A program made the translations under genes and the position numbers. 63,688 nt of DNA from a virus. Its lineage: Duplodnaviria; Caudoviricetes. The DNA lies in the IMG/VR virus record IMGVR_UViG_3300036785_000484, positions 1-63,688 of that record. The stretch is one strand, 5' to 3'. The notes beneath the pieces were generated by a model. That model worked only from the letters and a program-made list of their open reading frames with translations, ran no database searches and had not been told where the DNA came from. Shown piece by piece: positions 1 to 8,866 of the stretch (its first letter is position 1; the number at the start of each line of letters is the position of its first letter).

Positions 1-666
1 GTGTGAGTCGGGATATCGTGCATGCAGCCCCGCCCACAGGTGGGACACACCACCCGGCACCGTTCCGCCACGATCACGCCGCCTCCCACCACCCCGAGCA
101 CAGCCACACAGCCACCTGGTGGACTATAGCTACCGCGATACCAGCAGTCCCCCCACGACTCCGGCAGGTACTCCCCACATACCACGGGCGTCGATAGGGC
201 AACTTCCCCCACGATTCCTCCACTACCCCCACCCGATACGCCAGGTACTTCCCGCCCACCACACGCCCGATAGAAAACGATCCCGCTTCCCTTTCCCAAC
301 CCACACGTGGGCACTGACCTGCACAATGTCCACTACTCAGCACCCCGTGGTAGAGGACATACTGGCCTCGATGAGCGAGGTTCACAGGCACACCACCACG
401 CCCTCACGACGCGCGCTCATGACCAGTCGGGTGCACAGTTGACTGGTCACGCCGGGAGCTGACCCACACCCATCCCGCCCACCGCCCGGGCACTATCCGC
501 CCACTACCTGCCGTCCTTCCCCGACCTCTACCACAGGGTTCCAGGGCTCCCACACCACACGCGTGACGCGTGACGCGATCCGCTACACACACCACCCCAC
601 ACCCACCCGACCACCCCAACACGCAGACACCCAAATGCACGCAGTACCAACACATCCCAACACACC

Positions 667-960
667 AAATGTGTTGCAGCACCAGCGAATTGGCGAACAG
701 CGACCCCGCCCGCCACAACGCCCACCGACCCGCCCGAACACAGCCCCAAATCGCCGCTCCCCGCGTCGATCTGGCGACGCTACGACGCCGTCCGCAAAGT
801 CGCCAACCGCGACGAGCATCGAGAGAGGACGTCTTCCGTTCTCTCCCCTGTACCTAGCGTGGCATCGCGTTGGGGCCCCTCGCGCCAATTCGCCGCTGCT
901 GCAACACATTTCACGTTCGCGGCGTTCACCAATTGCACGCAGCCCCAACACATTTCACGT
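667..960. repeat. Three copies of CCAATT-N11-CAACACATTT (one inverted at 667-695; two direct at 885-916 and 929-960)
   Basis: 667-695 is the reverse complement of 883-911 with 2 mismatches; the direct copies share CCAATT and CAACACATTTCACGT at a 44-bp period. Confidence 0.8.
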
Positions 961-1081
961 CCCCGTTGTAGGTTTTGGGGTTTGCTGGTCGGGCACGGTA
1001 AATCCGGCAAACCCGCAGCTCGGATACGCACTGCCCACGGGCGGGTAAGCACGGGTCAAGATTAGCCAGCCATCCCGGATT

Positions 1082-1136
1082 CTAGTGGGGTACTATTTGC
1101 GCAACGGGCACGGCACAGGGCCAGCCCCGGAAAGGG
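1082..1136 (+). promoter_or_regulatory. Promoter (TAGTGGGG-TACTAT) plus conserved leader motif GGCACAGGGCCAGCC
   Basis: TANNNT -10 at 1091-1096; similar context recurs at 17620 and 54231, and the leader at 17647, 54666 and 58583(-). Confidence 0.55.
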
Positions 1137-1143
1137 ATCTGTA

Positions 1144-1368
1144 ATGGATATCGGTATTTACGCGGACCGGGAGACGCTGCTCAAGATCGCGGAGCAGATC
1201 AGGATCGCGTTCGAGGGCACCTCCGGTCACACGGACACGGTGGTCTACGGGAAACCTAATTCGATCCTGTCGAGCGACGGGATCTCCGTGACCTTCTCGA
1301 ACGACGACTCGGAGCCAGATGACGGCGGGTATCAGGGCGGCGAGGTGCTCGTGGACGTGAACGAGTGA
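1144..1368 (+). CDS. hypothetical protein
   Basis: RBS GAAAGGGA; stop overlaps the next start. Confidence 0.75.
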   Translation: MDIGIYADRETLLKIAEQIRIAFEGTSGHTDTVVYGKPNSILSSDGISVTFSNDDSEPDDGGYQGGEVLVDVNE

Positions 1369-1739
1369 TGACCAAGCCCAATATCCCGGTCGTCGGTTAC
1401 GGCCTGCTCGCTTCGGTGGCGAGCCAGAAATTGCTGTTCATCAGCTACGGGCATGTGTACGACATCCTGTCGGAGCGGTTCTACTGGCGGGAGCGGTGGA
1501 ACGGGCATAACTGGTGCGACCCGGTGAAGGGGGTCTGCTGTGATGTGGCCCGGATCAACCGGGAGAACAACGAGCCGCTGCTGTCCTGCCTGGTCCGCCG
1601 GAAAGATGGGACCGTGGGGATGGGTTACATGACGGCGGCGGAGATCCGGTACGGGCAGACCCTCGGTGGTCGTGATGAGATCCAGGTTCACGCTGACCGG
1701 GAGCGGGAGAAGTGCTGGTCGTACTTCGGGGTGTACTGA
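1365..1739 (+). CDS. hypothetical protein
   Basis: GTGA coupling; phage-like codon use. Confidence 0.75.
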   Translation: MMTKPNIPVVGYGLLASVASQKLLFISYGHVYDILSERFYWRERWNGHNWCDPVKGVCCDVARINRENNEPLLSCLVRRKDGTVGMGYMTAAEIRYGQTLGGRDEIQVHADREREKCWSYFGVY

Positions 1740-1740
1740 C

Positions 1741-1953
1741 ATGCTTCAGCTGGTGAGCCCGGGTGACTATCCGTTCCCGGTGAAGGCGAGCGGGGTGCCG
1801 GATAACTCGGCGTTGCGGGCCTGGTGTTGGGCGCATGCGATCTATATCGCGGAGTTCGGACCGATCCCGATGTCCGCTATCGACGCGTGGCGGGACGCTC
1901 ACCGGGACCAGATTGAGAAAGCCCCGCTGGTCAAGGTGATCGTGCTGACATGA
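1741..1953 (+). CDS. Lsr2-like DNA-binding-domain protein (degenerate AT-hook)
   Basis: ALRAWCWAHAIYIAEFGPIPMSAIDAW resembles the Lsr2 C-terminal IRxWAxxxGxxVxxRGRIPxxVxxAY pattern. Confidence 0.5.
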   Translation: MLQLVSPGDYPFPVKASGVPDNSALRAWCWAHAIYIAEFGPIPMSAIDAWRDAHRDQIEKAPLVKVIVLT

Positions 1954-2109
1954 GCTATCCGGAGACGTGGCCGGGCCGCTGCACCGTGACCGGGTGCGAT
2001 CAGGTCGCCGGGGTCGCGATGACCTCGGACTTCGGCCGGAAACGGTGGGCCCGGTGCGACGAGCACCTGGGCTGCGACGACGACGGAAACCCAAGGGAAG
2101 GTGCGATCA

Positions 2110-2385
2110 ATGAGTGATGACCATGAAGTCCGGGAGCTGCGCCGAAGGCTGAAACGCGCTAACACGACGATGGGGCGTCAGGGGAGGACCATCGCGGACC
2201 TGCGTGGGCAGCTGGCCCGGGTCCGGGAGGACCACTCGAAGCTGGACCGGGGGGAACTCCGCCGGTTGGAGCGGTTCGAGGAGATGGCTTTGGAGCAGTT
2301 CGCGCTGGACAAGGACCGGCTGGACCGTTCGCACGAGGAGATCAAGCGGCTGCACGAGAAGCTGGACGAGGAGACGGACTCATGA
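2110..2385 (+). CDS. coiled-coil hypothetical protein
   Basis: Charged heptad-like sequence; coupled to the next gene. Confidence 0.7.
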   Translation: MSDDHEVRELRRRLKRANTTMGRQGRTIADLRGQLARVREDHSKLDRGELRRLERFEEMALEQFALDKDRLDRSHEEIKRLHEKLDEETDS

Positions 2386-2591
2386 TGACCGAGCCCGTGA
2401 CGAAGGAGCAGCCGAAAGCCAAGGCCGAGAAGTCCCGGAGGGTCCGGGTGTGGTGCTGCTATAACGCGGACGGCTCCAACTTTGTGCTGTTCAGCACGGA
2501 GCTGTCCGCCCTGCGCTACATGGCGGAGAACCACATGGACGGCTGTAAGTCGGTTGAGTACGGGGTTCCGCTGAACGAGCAGATCGGATGA
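2382..2591 (+). CDS. hypothetical protein
   Basis: RBS GAGGAG; ATGA overlaps at both ends. Confidence 0.75.
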   Translation: MMTEPVTKEQPKAKAEKSRRVRVWCCYNADGSNFVLFSTELSALRYMAENHMDGCKSVEYGVPLNEQIG

Positions 2592-3257
2592 CGCAGCCCC
2601 GGAAGTTGCACCTGACTGGGTACGCCGAAACGCATGGGGGTGCACGAGATCGCGGGCGGCCCGAAGCTGGGTGGCTGGCTGGAAGTGTGGCCGCGTGCCG
2701 CGATGGAGGACGCGGTAGCGGCCCGCCCGACCATCCCGCTGAAGATCGGGGACCGGGTGATCGGCGAGGCGAACCTGTCCGTGGACGACACCGGGCTGAA
2801 AATCGAAGCCGAAGTGGACCTGTCGTTCTCGTTCCGGGCCAAGGATCAGCAGTGGGAGAGGGACTCGGAATATCCCGGCGACGAGTACGCGCGCCGGGTG
2901 ATCAGCGGGCTGACCATCGAAAGCATGGAGCTGTCCACCGGAGAGGAGACGAACATGACTGATTATTACGTTGGTCAGTCCTGGGTGAACGACATCGACT
3001 TGAACGGGGTGAAGACCCTGTCCGCGCTGGAGTTGATCGTGCGGGACCTGAAGACCGCCCTCGAAGCGCAACCTGGCATCGACCCGTGCGGGCCGGTGGA
3101 ACTCTGGGGTAACACGGAGCAGAACTCCACCGGATTCTTCATGGGCGACACCACCGCGCTACACGACGAGGGCTGGTACCGGATCACCCCGATCCTGGGT
3201 GGGGTGGGAGTACCTGACGGAAGGAGGTCGTCGTGTGACGGAGATGAGCGCTGCTGA
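2588..3257 (+). pseudogene. Degenerate HK97 prohead-protease paralogue, frameshifted at the G5 run 2636-2640, running in frame into a second module with its own RBS/ATG at 2955
   Basis: LTGYAET / GGPKLGGWLE / LSVDDTGLKIEAEVD / LSFSFRAKDQQW align with LEGYAAT / GGPDRGGWVE / LSRDSHGLKVLARLD / MSFAFRVKDQLW of 13396..15018. Confidence 0.7.
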
Positions 3258-3399
3258 GAAGGACAAGCTGATCCTTGCTCTGCGCCGGAAGGGCTACACC
3301 TACGCGCAGATCGGGAAGTCGGTGGGGATGAGTAAGAACGGGGTCCGGTACGCCCTGATCCGTGCCGCGCAGGGCCGACCCGGGCGGTCGATCCGGTGA
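3244..3399 (+). CDS. small helix-turn-helix DNA-binding protein
   Basis: LRRKGYTYAQIGKSVGMSKNGVRYAL is an HTH signature; RBS AAGGAGG upstream (alternative GTG start at 3235). Confidence 0.75.
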   Translation: MSAAEKDKLILALRRKGYTYAQIGKSVGMSKNGVRYALIRAAQGRPGRSIR

Positions 3400-3617
3400 G
3401 CAACCGGCGGGCGGTCCTGCACGGCGGGCCGGTGGATCAGCGGGTCATCGAGGACGTGCCGGAGGAGACCGAGTTCATCAAGATCCCGTCGAACTCCGGG
3501 GTGAAGTACGCGCATTACCGGCGGATGGGTGACGGGGTGGATGATCACGGCCGGTTCTGGCGGTTCGACTTCACCAACGTGTACGACTCCGACCAGCTGC
3601 TCGTGGAGGGCTCATGA
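3396..3617 (+). CDS. hypothetical protein (LxGGPxD family)
   Basis: GTGA coupling; motif resembles 18279..18533. Confidence 0.7.
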   Translation: MSNRRAVLHGGPVDQRVIEDVPEETEFIKIPSNSGVKYAHYRRMGDGVDDHGRFWRFDFTNVYDSDQLLVEGS

Positions 3618-3814
3618 GTGAGAGCACCCAGGAGTGGGCGGAGCGGATCACGAAGACGAAGGACTGCCCGTGTATCGCGCACGCCCGGGAGCACCTGTCT
3701 AACGCGCAGAACCTCAACGAGGTCGAGGGCATGGCCGGTCAGGCGTTCTTCGTGCTGGGCTGCGCGCTGAACTCGCTGATCAACCATGTGGACGGTGTCC
3801 ATGACCCCCTCTGA
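3614..3814 (+). CDS. hypothetical protein
   Basis: RBS GGAGG; ATGA coupling. Confidence 0.7.
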   Translation: MSESTQEWAERITKTKDCPCIAHAREHLSNAQNLNEVEGMAGQAFFVLGCALNSLINHVDGVHDPL

Positions 3815-3827
3815 GAGAGGAAGACCC

Positions 3828-4169
3828 ATGCCCCGTAAGAAACCCGACGACGACCCGTTTCACGGCCCGGAGTGGGACGCGTACTGCACCCATGTCCGGG
3901 AGGAGCTGATCCCGATGATCACCGACAGCGCGGTCACGGTGTCCCTGGTCCCGTCCAACGGGAAACCGGACGTGAAGTTCGCCGTCGAACTTGGGTTCAT
4001 GATCATGCTCGACAAGCCGATCATCGCGGTGGTCCCGCCCGGTACCAAAGTGCCGTTGAAGCTGGTCAAGGTCGCCGACGAGATCGTGGAGGGCGACATT
4101 TCCGACCCGGACTTCCAGGACCGGTTCCACGCCGCTATCGACCGGACCACGGCGAAGGTGAAGCGATGA
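3828..4169 (+). CDS. nucleoside 2-deoxyribosyltransferase-like (flavodoxin-fold) protein
   Basis: ITDSAVTVSL...AVELGFMIMLDKPIIAV matches the ExGxAxxxGKPI motif; RBS GAGAGGA. Confidence 0.55.
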   Translation: MPRKKPDDDPFHGPEWDAYCTHVREELIPMITDSAVTVSLVPSNGKPDVKFAVELGFMIMLDKPIIAVVPPGTKVPLKLVKVADEIVEGDISDPDFQDRFHAAIDRTTAKVKR

Positions 4170-4363
4170 GGATCACGGTGGCGTTGGAGATCGGTGAGCG
4201 GACCGTGGTGGAGCAGCTGACGACCACGGAGGACTTCCGGGGTGACTACCGGGGCGCGATCCAGCAGATCGCGGGCCGGATCGAGCTGGGCACCTACGGC
4301 CCTCAGCAGAAGGAGGACGGGTACATGTTCGACCACCCGCTGCAGATGCGGATGCAGGAATGA
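4166..4363 (+). CDS. hypothetical protein
   Basis: ATGA coupling at both ends. Confidence 0.65.
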   Translation: MRITVALEIGERTVVEQLTTTEDFRGDYRGAIQQIAGRIELGTYGPQQKEDGYMFDHPLQMRMQE

Positions 4364-4695
4364 CCGAGGAGCTGATCGGGGCCGGGTCGATGGCCTGCCC
4401 CAACTGCCGGGCCGAGATGATCCGCGAGGGTACCGGGATCGGCTGCCACAAATGCGGGATGTACATCGGGCCGGGACCGGGCGGGAACGCCGGGGTGGAG
4501 TTGTTGACCAAGATGACGATGCCCCCGAACCCGCTGATGGTCCCGTTCCGGGACATCGAGGAGTTCCAGATCCAGAAGGGCTCCCGGGTCGGCTTCGAGA
4601 GGGACGGTGTGATCATCACCGGCATCGTCACGTCCTACGACGTGAACAAGGAGACCGGCGTGGTCACCATCACGATGGAGGACAACGACCCGTGA
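4360..4695 (+). CDS. zinc-ribbon hypothetical protein
   Basis: CPNC...CHKC. Confidence 0.7.
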   Translation: MTEELIGAGSMACPNCRAEMIREGTGIGCHKCGMYIGPGPGGNAGVELLTKMTMPPNPLMVPFRDIEEFQIQKGSRVGFERDGVIITGIVTSYDVNKETGVVTITMEDNDP

Positions 4696-5168
4696 TCCAC
4701 GCCGCCCGGTCCCAGGACAACCGCTACCAGTACGAGTTCACCTACCGGTGGGCGAAGGGTCCGCTCTGCGGCTGGATTCTGCTGAACCCGTCACGTCAGG
4801 AGATCAGCGCAAACGGCGACCCGGCTCATGTGCGGCTCGGGCCGACCGGTCAGCGCTGCGTCAACTACGCCTTGGCCTGGGGTTATTCCGGGATCGTGAT
4901 CCGTAACCGGTTCGCTTACCGGGTGACGAATCCGGCGGAGCTGCTGACCGTGGACGACCCGTACGGCCCGGAGAACCACCGCTACCTGCTCCGGGCCGGG
5001 GCCGAGCCGCTGACTATCGCGGCCTGGGGCCGGTCCCCGATCCTGCATCAGGCCCGGTCCCCGCTTGGTGTCGTGTTCCCGCTGATGTGTATCGGGAAGA
5101 ACATCGACGGCTCACCCCGGCATGTCCTGCACGCCGCCACTGTGGAGGAGCCGATGCCGTGGCCGTGA
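4692..5168 (+). CDS. DUF1643-family protein
   Basis: RYQY..W...WILLNPS, NRFAYRVTNPAEL, GPEN, IAAWG and GSPRH motifs. Confidence 0.8.
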   Translation: MIHAARSQDNRYQYEFTYRWAKGPLCGWILLNPSRQEISANGDPAHVRLGPTGQRCVNYALAWGYSGIVIRNRFAYRVTNPAELLTVDDPYGPENHRYLLRAGAEPLTIAAWGRSPILHQARSPLGVVFPLMCIGKNIDGSPRHVLHAATVEEPMPWP

Positions 5169-5329
5169 CCGACGAGATCGACACGATGGTGGACCGGATC
5201 GACGCGCTGGTCGACTGGGAGCTGACCGAGTCCCCGGCGGCGCGGGTGGAGCACGCCCCGCACCCGATGCGGTGCATGGTGGTCAGCTGGGGCGGCGATC
5301 TGAAGGCGACCCTGCAAAGGCCACGCTGA
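5165..5329 (+). CDS. hypothetical protein (IDxLVDxxL motif)
   Basis: Coupled to both neighbours; the motif also occurs near the C-terminus of 55085..56128. Confidence 0.6.
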   Translation: MTDEIDTMVDRIDALVDWELTESPAARVEHAPHPMRCMVVSWGGDLKATLQRPR

Positions 5330-5817
5330 TGCGCTCCTACAACGAGATCTACGAAAGTGCCGCTCCCACACCACCTTTCAGCAACGGCACCGAGTTCTAC
5401 GGCTGGTCTGAGAACTGGTGCTACGCCCCGTGCCATAACCCCGCCGAGCTGGCCTGGCAACGGTACGAGGAGGGGAAACGGAAGACCGCTCCGACGGAGT
5501 TCCCCGGCGGCTGCCCGCTGATCATGTGTGCGCTGAACGGCCGCACCCCGACTGAATGGTTGGAGCAGCCGCTGACCGACGGGCTGATCACGCTCGGCGA
5601 TCAGTACCACTGCATCGAGTTCCGCGGCCCCGACGAGGGCGGCGGCGATCCGCAGCCGCGACCGAAGCGGGACCCGCCGAACATGGACGGGCTGTTCCCG
5701 AGACCGGATCGTCGGGTGAGAATGCTGAGACCAACGGGGGCGGGGGCCGATGAATGGCGGAGATCAGAATCACGACCGTTGTCGAGATTAACGACAAGCG
5801 GGGCAGGCAGGCCATGA
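5329..5817 (+). CDS. Cys-containing hypothetical phage protein
   Basis: PFSNGTEFYGWSENWC...GCPLI; TGATG coupling. Confidence 0.7.
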   Translation: MRSYNEIYESAAPTPPFSNGTEFYGWSENWCYAPCHNPAELAWQRYEEGKRKTAPTEFPGGCPLIMCALNGRTPTEWLEQPLTDGLITLGDQYHCIEFRGPDEGGGDPQPRPKRDPPNMDGLFPRPDRRVRMLRPTGAGADEWRRSESRPLSRLTTSGAGRP

Positions 5818-5936
5818 CTGTTACCAAGGCCGCCGCCGCCGAGGCCGATCTCTCCGACTTCATCACCAAAGCGCTACACGAGGCCGAGCGTTCGCTGCGC
5901 TCCGTGATGAACACCCTCTACGGCGACTCGTCATGA
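5754..5936 (+). CDS. hypothetical protein
   Basis: Fills the gap; ATGA overlap with the next gene. Confidence 0.55.
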   Translation: MAEIRITTVVEINDKRGRQAMTVTKAAAAEADLSDFITKALHEAERSLRSVMNTLYGDSS

Positions 5937-6172
5937 GCTACCGAAAGGGCATGACCTTCGGCCAGTTCAACGACATGATGGCCGCTAGCCGACAATCCGC
6001 CGAGGAGCTTCCGGTGCCGTGCGTTCACCCGTTCGAGGTGACCGGGATGCAGTGGCACGCCCGGAAAACGCCCGGGCATGTGATGGTCACCATCGACTAC
6101 GTCTGCCCGGACTGCGGGAAGACTGTCGCCCGGTCCAAGCGGGATATCCGGCTGAAAGGAACCGAAGAGTGA
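5933..6172 (+). CDS. hypothetical protein (CxH...CPDC)
   Basis: Coupled ORF with putative Zn ligands. Confidence 0.65.
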   Translation: MSYRKGMTFGQFNDMMAASRQSAEELPVPCVHPFEVTGMQWHARKTPGHVMVTIDYVCPDCGKTVARSKRDIRLKGTEE

Positions 6173-6381
6173 AGTACGAAACCGAGATTGTGCTGGGCAC
6201 CCGGTACCGGGACCGGCACACCAACTTCGAGGGCGTCGCGATCTCGGTGCATTTCTACGAGCACTCCGAAGCCAAGACCACCCTCCGGGCGCTGGTCGAT
6301 AACAAGGTTCTGGACCAGGCGTTCGATGTCCCCGACTTGATCGCGGTCAACGGCGACAAGGCCGGATTCAGTGCCCCCTGA
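6169..6381 (+). CDS. hypothetical protein (SH3-like LGxxYRDxxTxFEG pattern)
   Basis: RBS AAAGGA; GTGA coupling. Confidence 0.65.
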   Translation: MKYETEIVLGTRYRDRHTNFEGVAISVHFYEHSEAKTTLRALVDNKVLDQAFDVPDLIAVNGDKAGFSAP

Positions 6382-6613
6382 CGCCCCGGCGAAGCTGGTT
6401 CGGCACGTGTTCGCGCTGCTCCGCGAGGCCCGGATCACCGACCGCAGGGACCGGCTGAACCTGTTCCGGTGGATTCTTGATGACCCGTCCGTGATGTCCA
6501 CCAACGATTTGAACGAGCACGAGATCCAGGGCATCGCGGACACGCTCCGGAACTGGCAGCGTGAGGGCGAGCTGGAAGCCCAGGCCCGCGCTCACACCGG
6601 CCCGTTCTCGTGA
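6371..6613 (+). CDS. hypothetical protein
   Basis: Overlaps both neighbours; STNDLNEHE motif. Confidence 0.65.
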   Translation: MPPDAPAKLVRHVFALLREARITDRRDRLNLFRWILDDPSVMSTNDLNEHEIQGIADTLRNWQREGELEAQARAHTGPFS

Positions 6614-6999
6614 CGATCATTGCAGCCGTCGTGCTGGCTATCGCGATCGGATGCGCCGTGATGTTCGGGATTGTCGCGCATTGCCTCCACGTGCGGCGGA
6701 ATGCGCTTGTGAAGAGATGCGATCAGCAGAACGCGTGGTTCCTGGCCGGGGACCCGAGAGGCATCTACGGTAATTCGATCCACTGGGTACGTGCCTGGAA
6801 TGTGGAGGCCGGTAAACCACCCCACCCGACCCCCGTGCTCGACGGGGTCAAGGTTGACTTCGGCGGTAACCGGGTCGCCCTGTCCACCGACCGGAAGCTG
6901 AACCAGGATCAGGTGGACGAGCTGACCCTGGCCTGGCACGCGTCGGCCACGAAACGCACACCGTCGGTGGACTGGATTGAGTTCGAGAGAGGCTGGTAA
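6610..6999 (+). CDS. membrane-anchored hypothetical protein
   Basis: N-terminal hydrophobic helix, then RCDQQNAWFLAGDPRGIYG. Confidence 0.7.
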   Translation: MTIIAAVVLAIAIGCAVMFGIVAHCLHVRRNALVKRCDQQNAWFLAGDPRGIYGNSIHWVRAWNVEAGKPPHPTPVLDGVKVDFGGNRVALSTDRKLNQDQVDELTLAWHASATKRTPSVDWIEFERGW

Positions 7000-8316
7000 A
7001 TGACCACCTACACCCCGGAGTTCTACACCGACCACCGGGACGGGTCGGCGTCGTCAGCGCGGGTCGTGGTCCCGATCCTGTCCGGGCTGATCCACCCGAT
7101 GACCGTGCTCGACGTGGGCTGCGGGGCGGGGACCTGGCTGCGGGAGTGGGATCGGGGCATCTCGGTGGCCGGGGTCGACGGGGAATGGGCGCGGGAGTCG
7201 CTGGTGATCCCGCTGGACTTCACCCCGTACGACCTGCGAAAGCCGCTCGATCTGGGGAAACGGTTCGACCTGGTGACCTGCCTGGAAGTCGCCGAGCACC
7301 TCCCGGCGAGGTCGGCGAAAACCCTGGTCGAGTCGCTGTGCCGTCACTCCGATGTGGTCGCGTTCTCTGCTGCCGTGCCCGGGCAGGGCGGTCAGGGTCA
7401 CGTCAACGAACGCTGGCCGTCCTACTGGGCGAAGCTGTTCGCCAAGCACGGGTACGAGCCGCACGACTTCGTCCGGGACCGGATCTGGTGGGATCAGCGG
7501 GTCGAGTGGTGGTACCGGCAGAACCTGATCCTGTTCGCGAAGCCGTCGAAGTCCCGGCGCTGGCGGCCCAGCTCCGGCCGGTCCCTGGACCTGGCGCAGC
7601 CCGCGCTCCTGATGCCCGAGCTGGCCCCCAGGCTCGACGCCACCGTGTGTATTCCGTGGCGGCCCACTAAGTCCCGGCTGGCCCCGTACGAGCGGGTCAG
7701 GGACTTCTGGGGGCTGTTCGGCTGGCCGGTGGTGACCGCTGACTCCGACACGAAGATCTTCAGCCTGTCTCAGGCCCGGAACGCCGCCGTCGACAAGGCG
7801 ACAACGGACGTTGTCATTGTTTCGGACGCGGACACCCTGATCGATCCGCTGAACGTGCTCCGAGCCGTCGCCGACCCGATCGGGGTCTGGTGGCCGTTCG
7901 ATAAGTACCGCGTCCTGAGCCCCGACTACCTGGACACCCCGCTGGCGGAGCTGGTGAACGTGCCGCACGTGAACACCTGGGACGGGGCCGGGATCGCCGG
8001 GGTCGGCGGGTGCATCGTCACCACCACGAAGGAGTACTGGCGGCTCGGGGGCCAGCCACCGGAGTTCATCGGCTGGGGCTGGGAGGACACCGCGTTCACG
8101 ATGATCGCCCGCACCCTCTCCACGGTCCGACGGCTGAAGGGCTGCGTGTACGCGTTCGAGCACAACACCAACGCTCACCGGTACGTCGGCGGGAAGGCCG
8201 ACAGCCCCGGCTGGGACCGCGACATCGACCGGAACAAGGAGCTGTTCGGCTATTACCGGGCCGGGGATGGCCGACCGTGGCTGATGCGTGAGCTGATCGC
8301 ACAGCGGGACACCTGA
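7000..8316 (+). CDS. class I SAM methyltransferase fused to GT-A (GT2/GT7-like) glycosyltransferase
   Basis: VLDVGCGAG and FDLVTCLEVAEHL in the N-terminal half; SQARN, DADT (DxD) and FIGWGWED in the C-terminal half. Confidence 0.85.
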   Translation: MTTYTPEFYTDHRDGSASSARVVVPILSGLIHPMTVLDVGCGAGTWLREWDRGISVAGVDGEWARESLVIPLDFTPYDLRKPLDLGKRFDLVTCLEVAEHLPARSAKTLVESLCRHSDVVAFSAAVPGQGGQGHVNERWPSYWAKLFAKHGYEPHDFVRDRIWWDQRVEWWYRQNLILFAKPSKSRRWRPSSGRSLDLAQPALLMPELAPRLDATVCIPWRPTKSRLAPYERVRDFWGLFGWPVVTADSDTKIFSLSQARNAAVDKATTDVVIVSDADTLIDPLNVLRAVADPIGVWWPFDKYRVLSPDYLDTPLAELVNVPHVNTWDGAGIAGVGGCIVTTTKEYWRLGGQPPEFIGWGWEDTAFTMIARTLSTVRRLKGCVYAFEHNTNAHRYVGGKADSPGWDRDIDRNKELFGYYRAGDGRPWLMRELIAQRDT

Positions 8317-8352
8317 CGTTTCGCCCGATTATCGGAGGACGGAGCAAACACA

Positions 8353-8490
8353 GTGGGTTGGACGCGTTGCAGCACCTGTGATCGGTGGTACCGGGTGTGG
8401 TGGTGGCACAAACGGACGCTTGCCCACCGGCGGTGCTTGGAGGCCATCCTTGCGCGGCTGCGTATCGAAGGACGGAGCAGACATGAGTGA
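8353..8490 (+). CDS. small Trp/Cys-rich hypothetical protein (45 aa)
   Basis: GTG after the repeat/RBS; open to TGA at 8490; below the ORF-track cutoff. Confidence 0.45.
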   Translation: MGWTRCSTCDRWYRVWWWHKRTLAHRRCLEAILARLRIEGRSRHE

Positions 8491-8608
8491 CAACTTCAAG
8501 ACCAGCACAGTCCGTGAGTGCGTTGACTGCGGATGCCCAAAAGTGCGTTGCGACGGATACGGGTACGGCGCAAAGTGCTGCCCAGACTGTAAGCACAACC
8601 CGAAATAA
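8483..8608 (+). CDS. small Cys-rich hypothetical protein
   Basis: CVDCGC...CCPDC; repeat/RBS upstream. Confidence 0.55.
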   Translation: MSDNFKTSTVRECVDCGCPKVRCDGYGYGAKCCPDCKHNPK

Positions 8609-8638
8609 CGCAGTTTTATCAGAGAACGGAGCAAAAAC

Positions 8639-8830
8639 ATGGGTGTGACGCAGGTCTGTCGGAACTGCAACAGGCCGGTCAAGGAAGAAGACGGGCTAGG
8701 GAACTGGGTTCATGTGAGCTATCGCAGCGCCCACGCCATCACATTCGGTAGCCGACAGTGCGAGCTGTACGCCACGCCGGTATCGACCAGATGCACCAGC
8801 GCGTACGGCCTTGGCACTTCGACTGGCTGA
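8639..8830 (+). CDS. small Zn-finger-like hypothetical protein
   Basis: CRNC...WVH...C...ATP; repeat/RBS upstream. Confidence 0.6.
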   Translation: MGVTQVCRNCNRPVKEEDGLGNWVHVSYRSAHAITFGSRQCELYATPVSTRCTSAYGLGTSTG

Positions 8831-8866
8831 ACATTCCGCACGATTATCGGTGAAAGGAAACAAAAC

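Larger units (their letters stand above)
8330..8861 (+). repeat. Four start-associated repeats TATC(G/A)(G/A)(A/T)G(G/A)A(C/A)GGA ahead of small ORFs
   Basis: Copies at 8330, 8463, 8617 and 8845, each just upstream of a start codon (8353, 8483, 8639, 8867). Confidence 0.7.

Noticed and set aside
1-10. Window start as a physical cos end
   Set aside because: Cannot be determined from sequence alone; the window boundary may be arbitrary
3-1065. ORFs in the first kilobase
   Set aside because: Low-complexity Pro/His/Thr products reflecting strand skew, with no RBS or coupling
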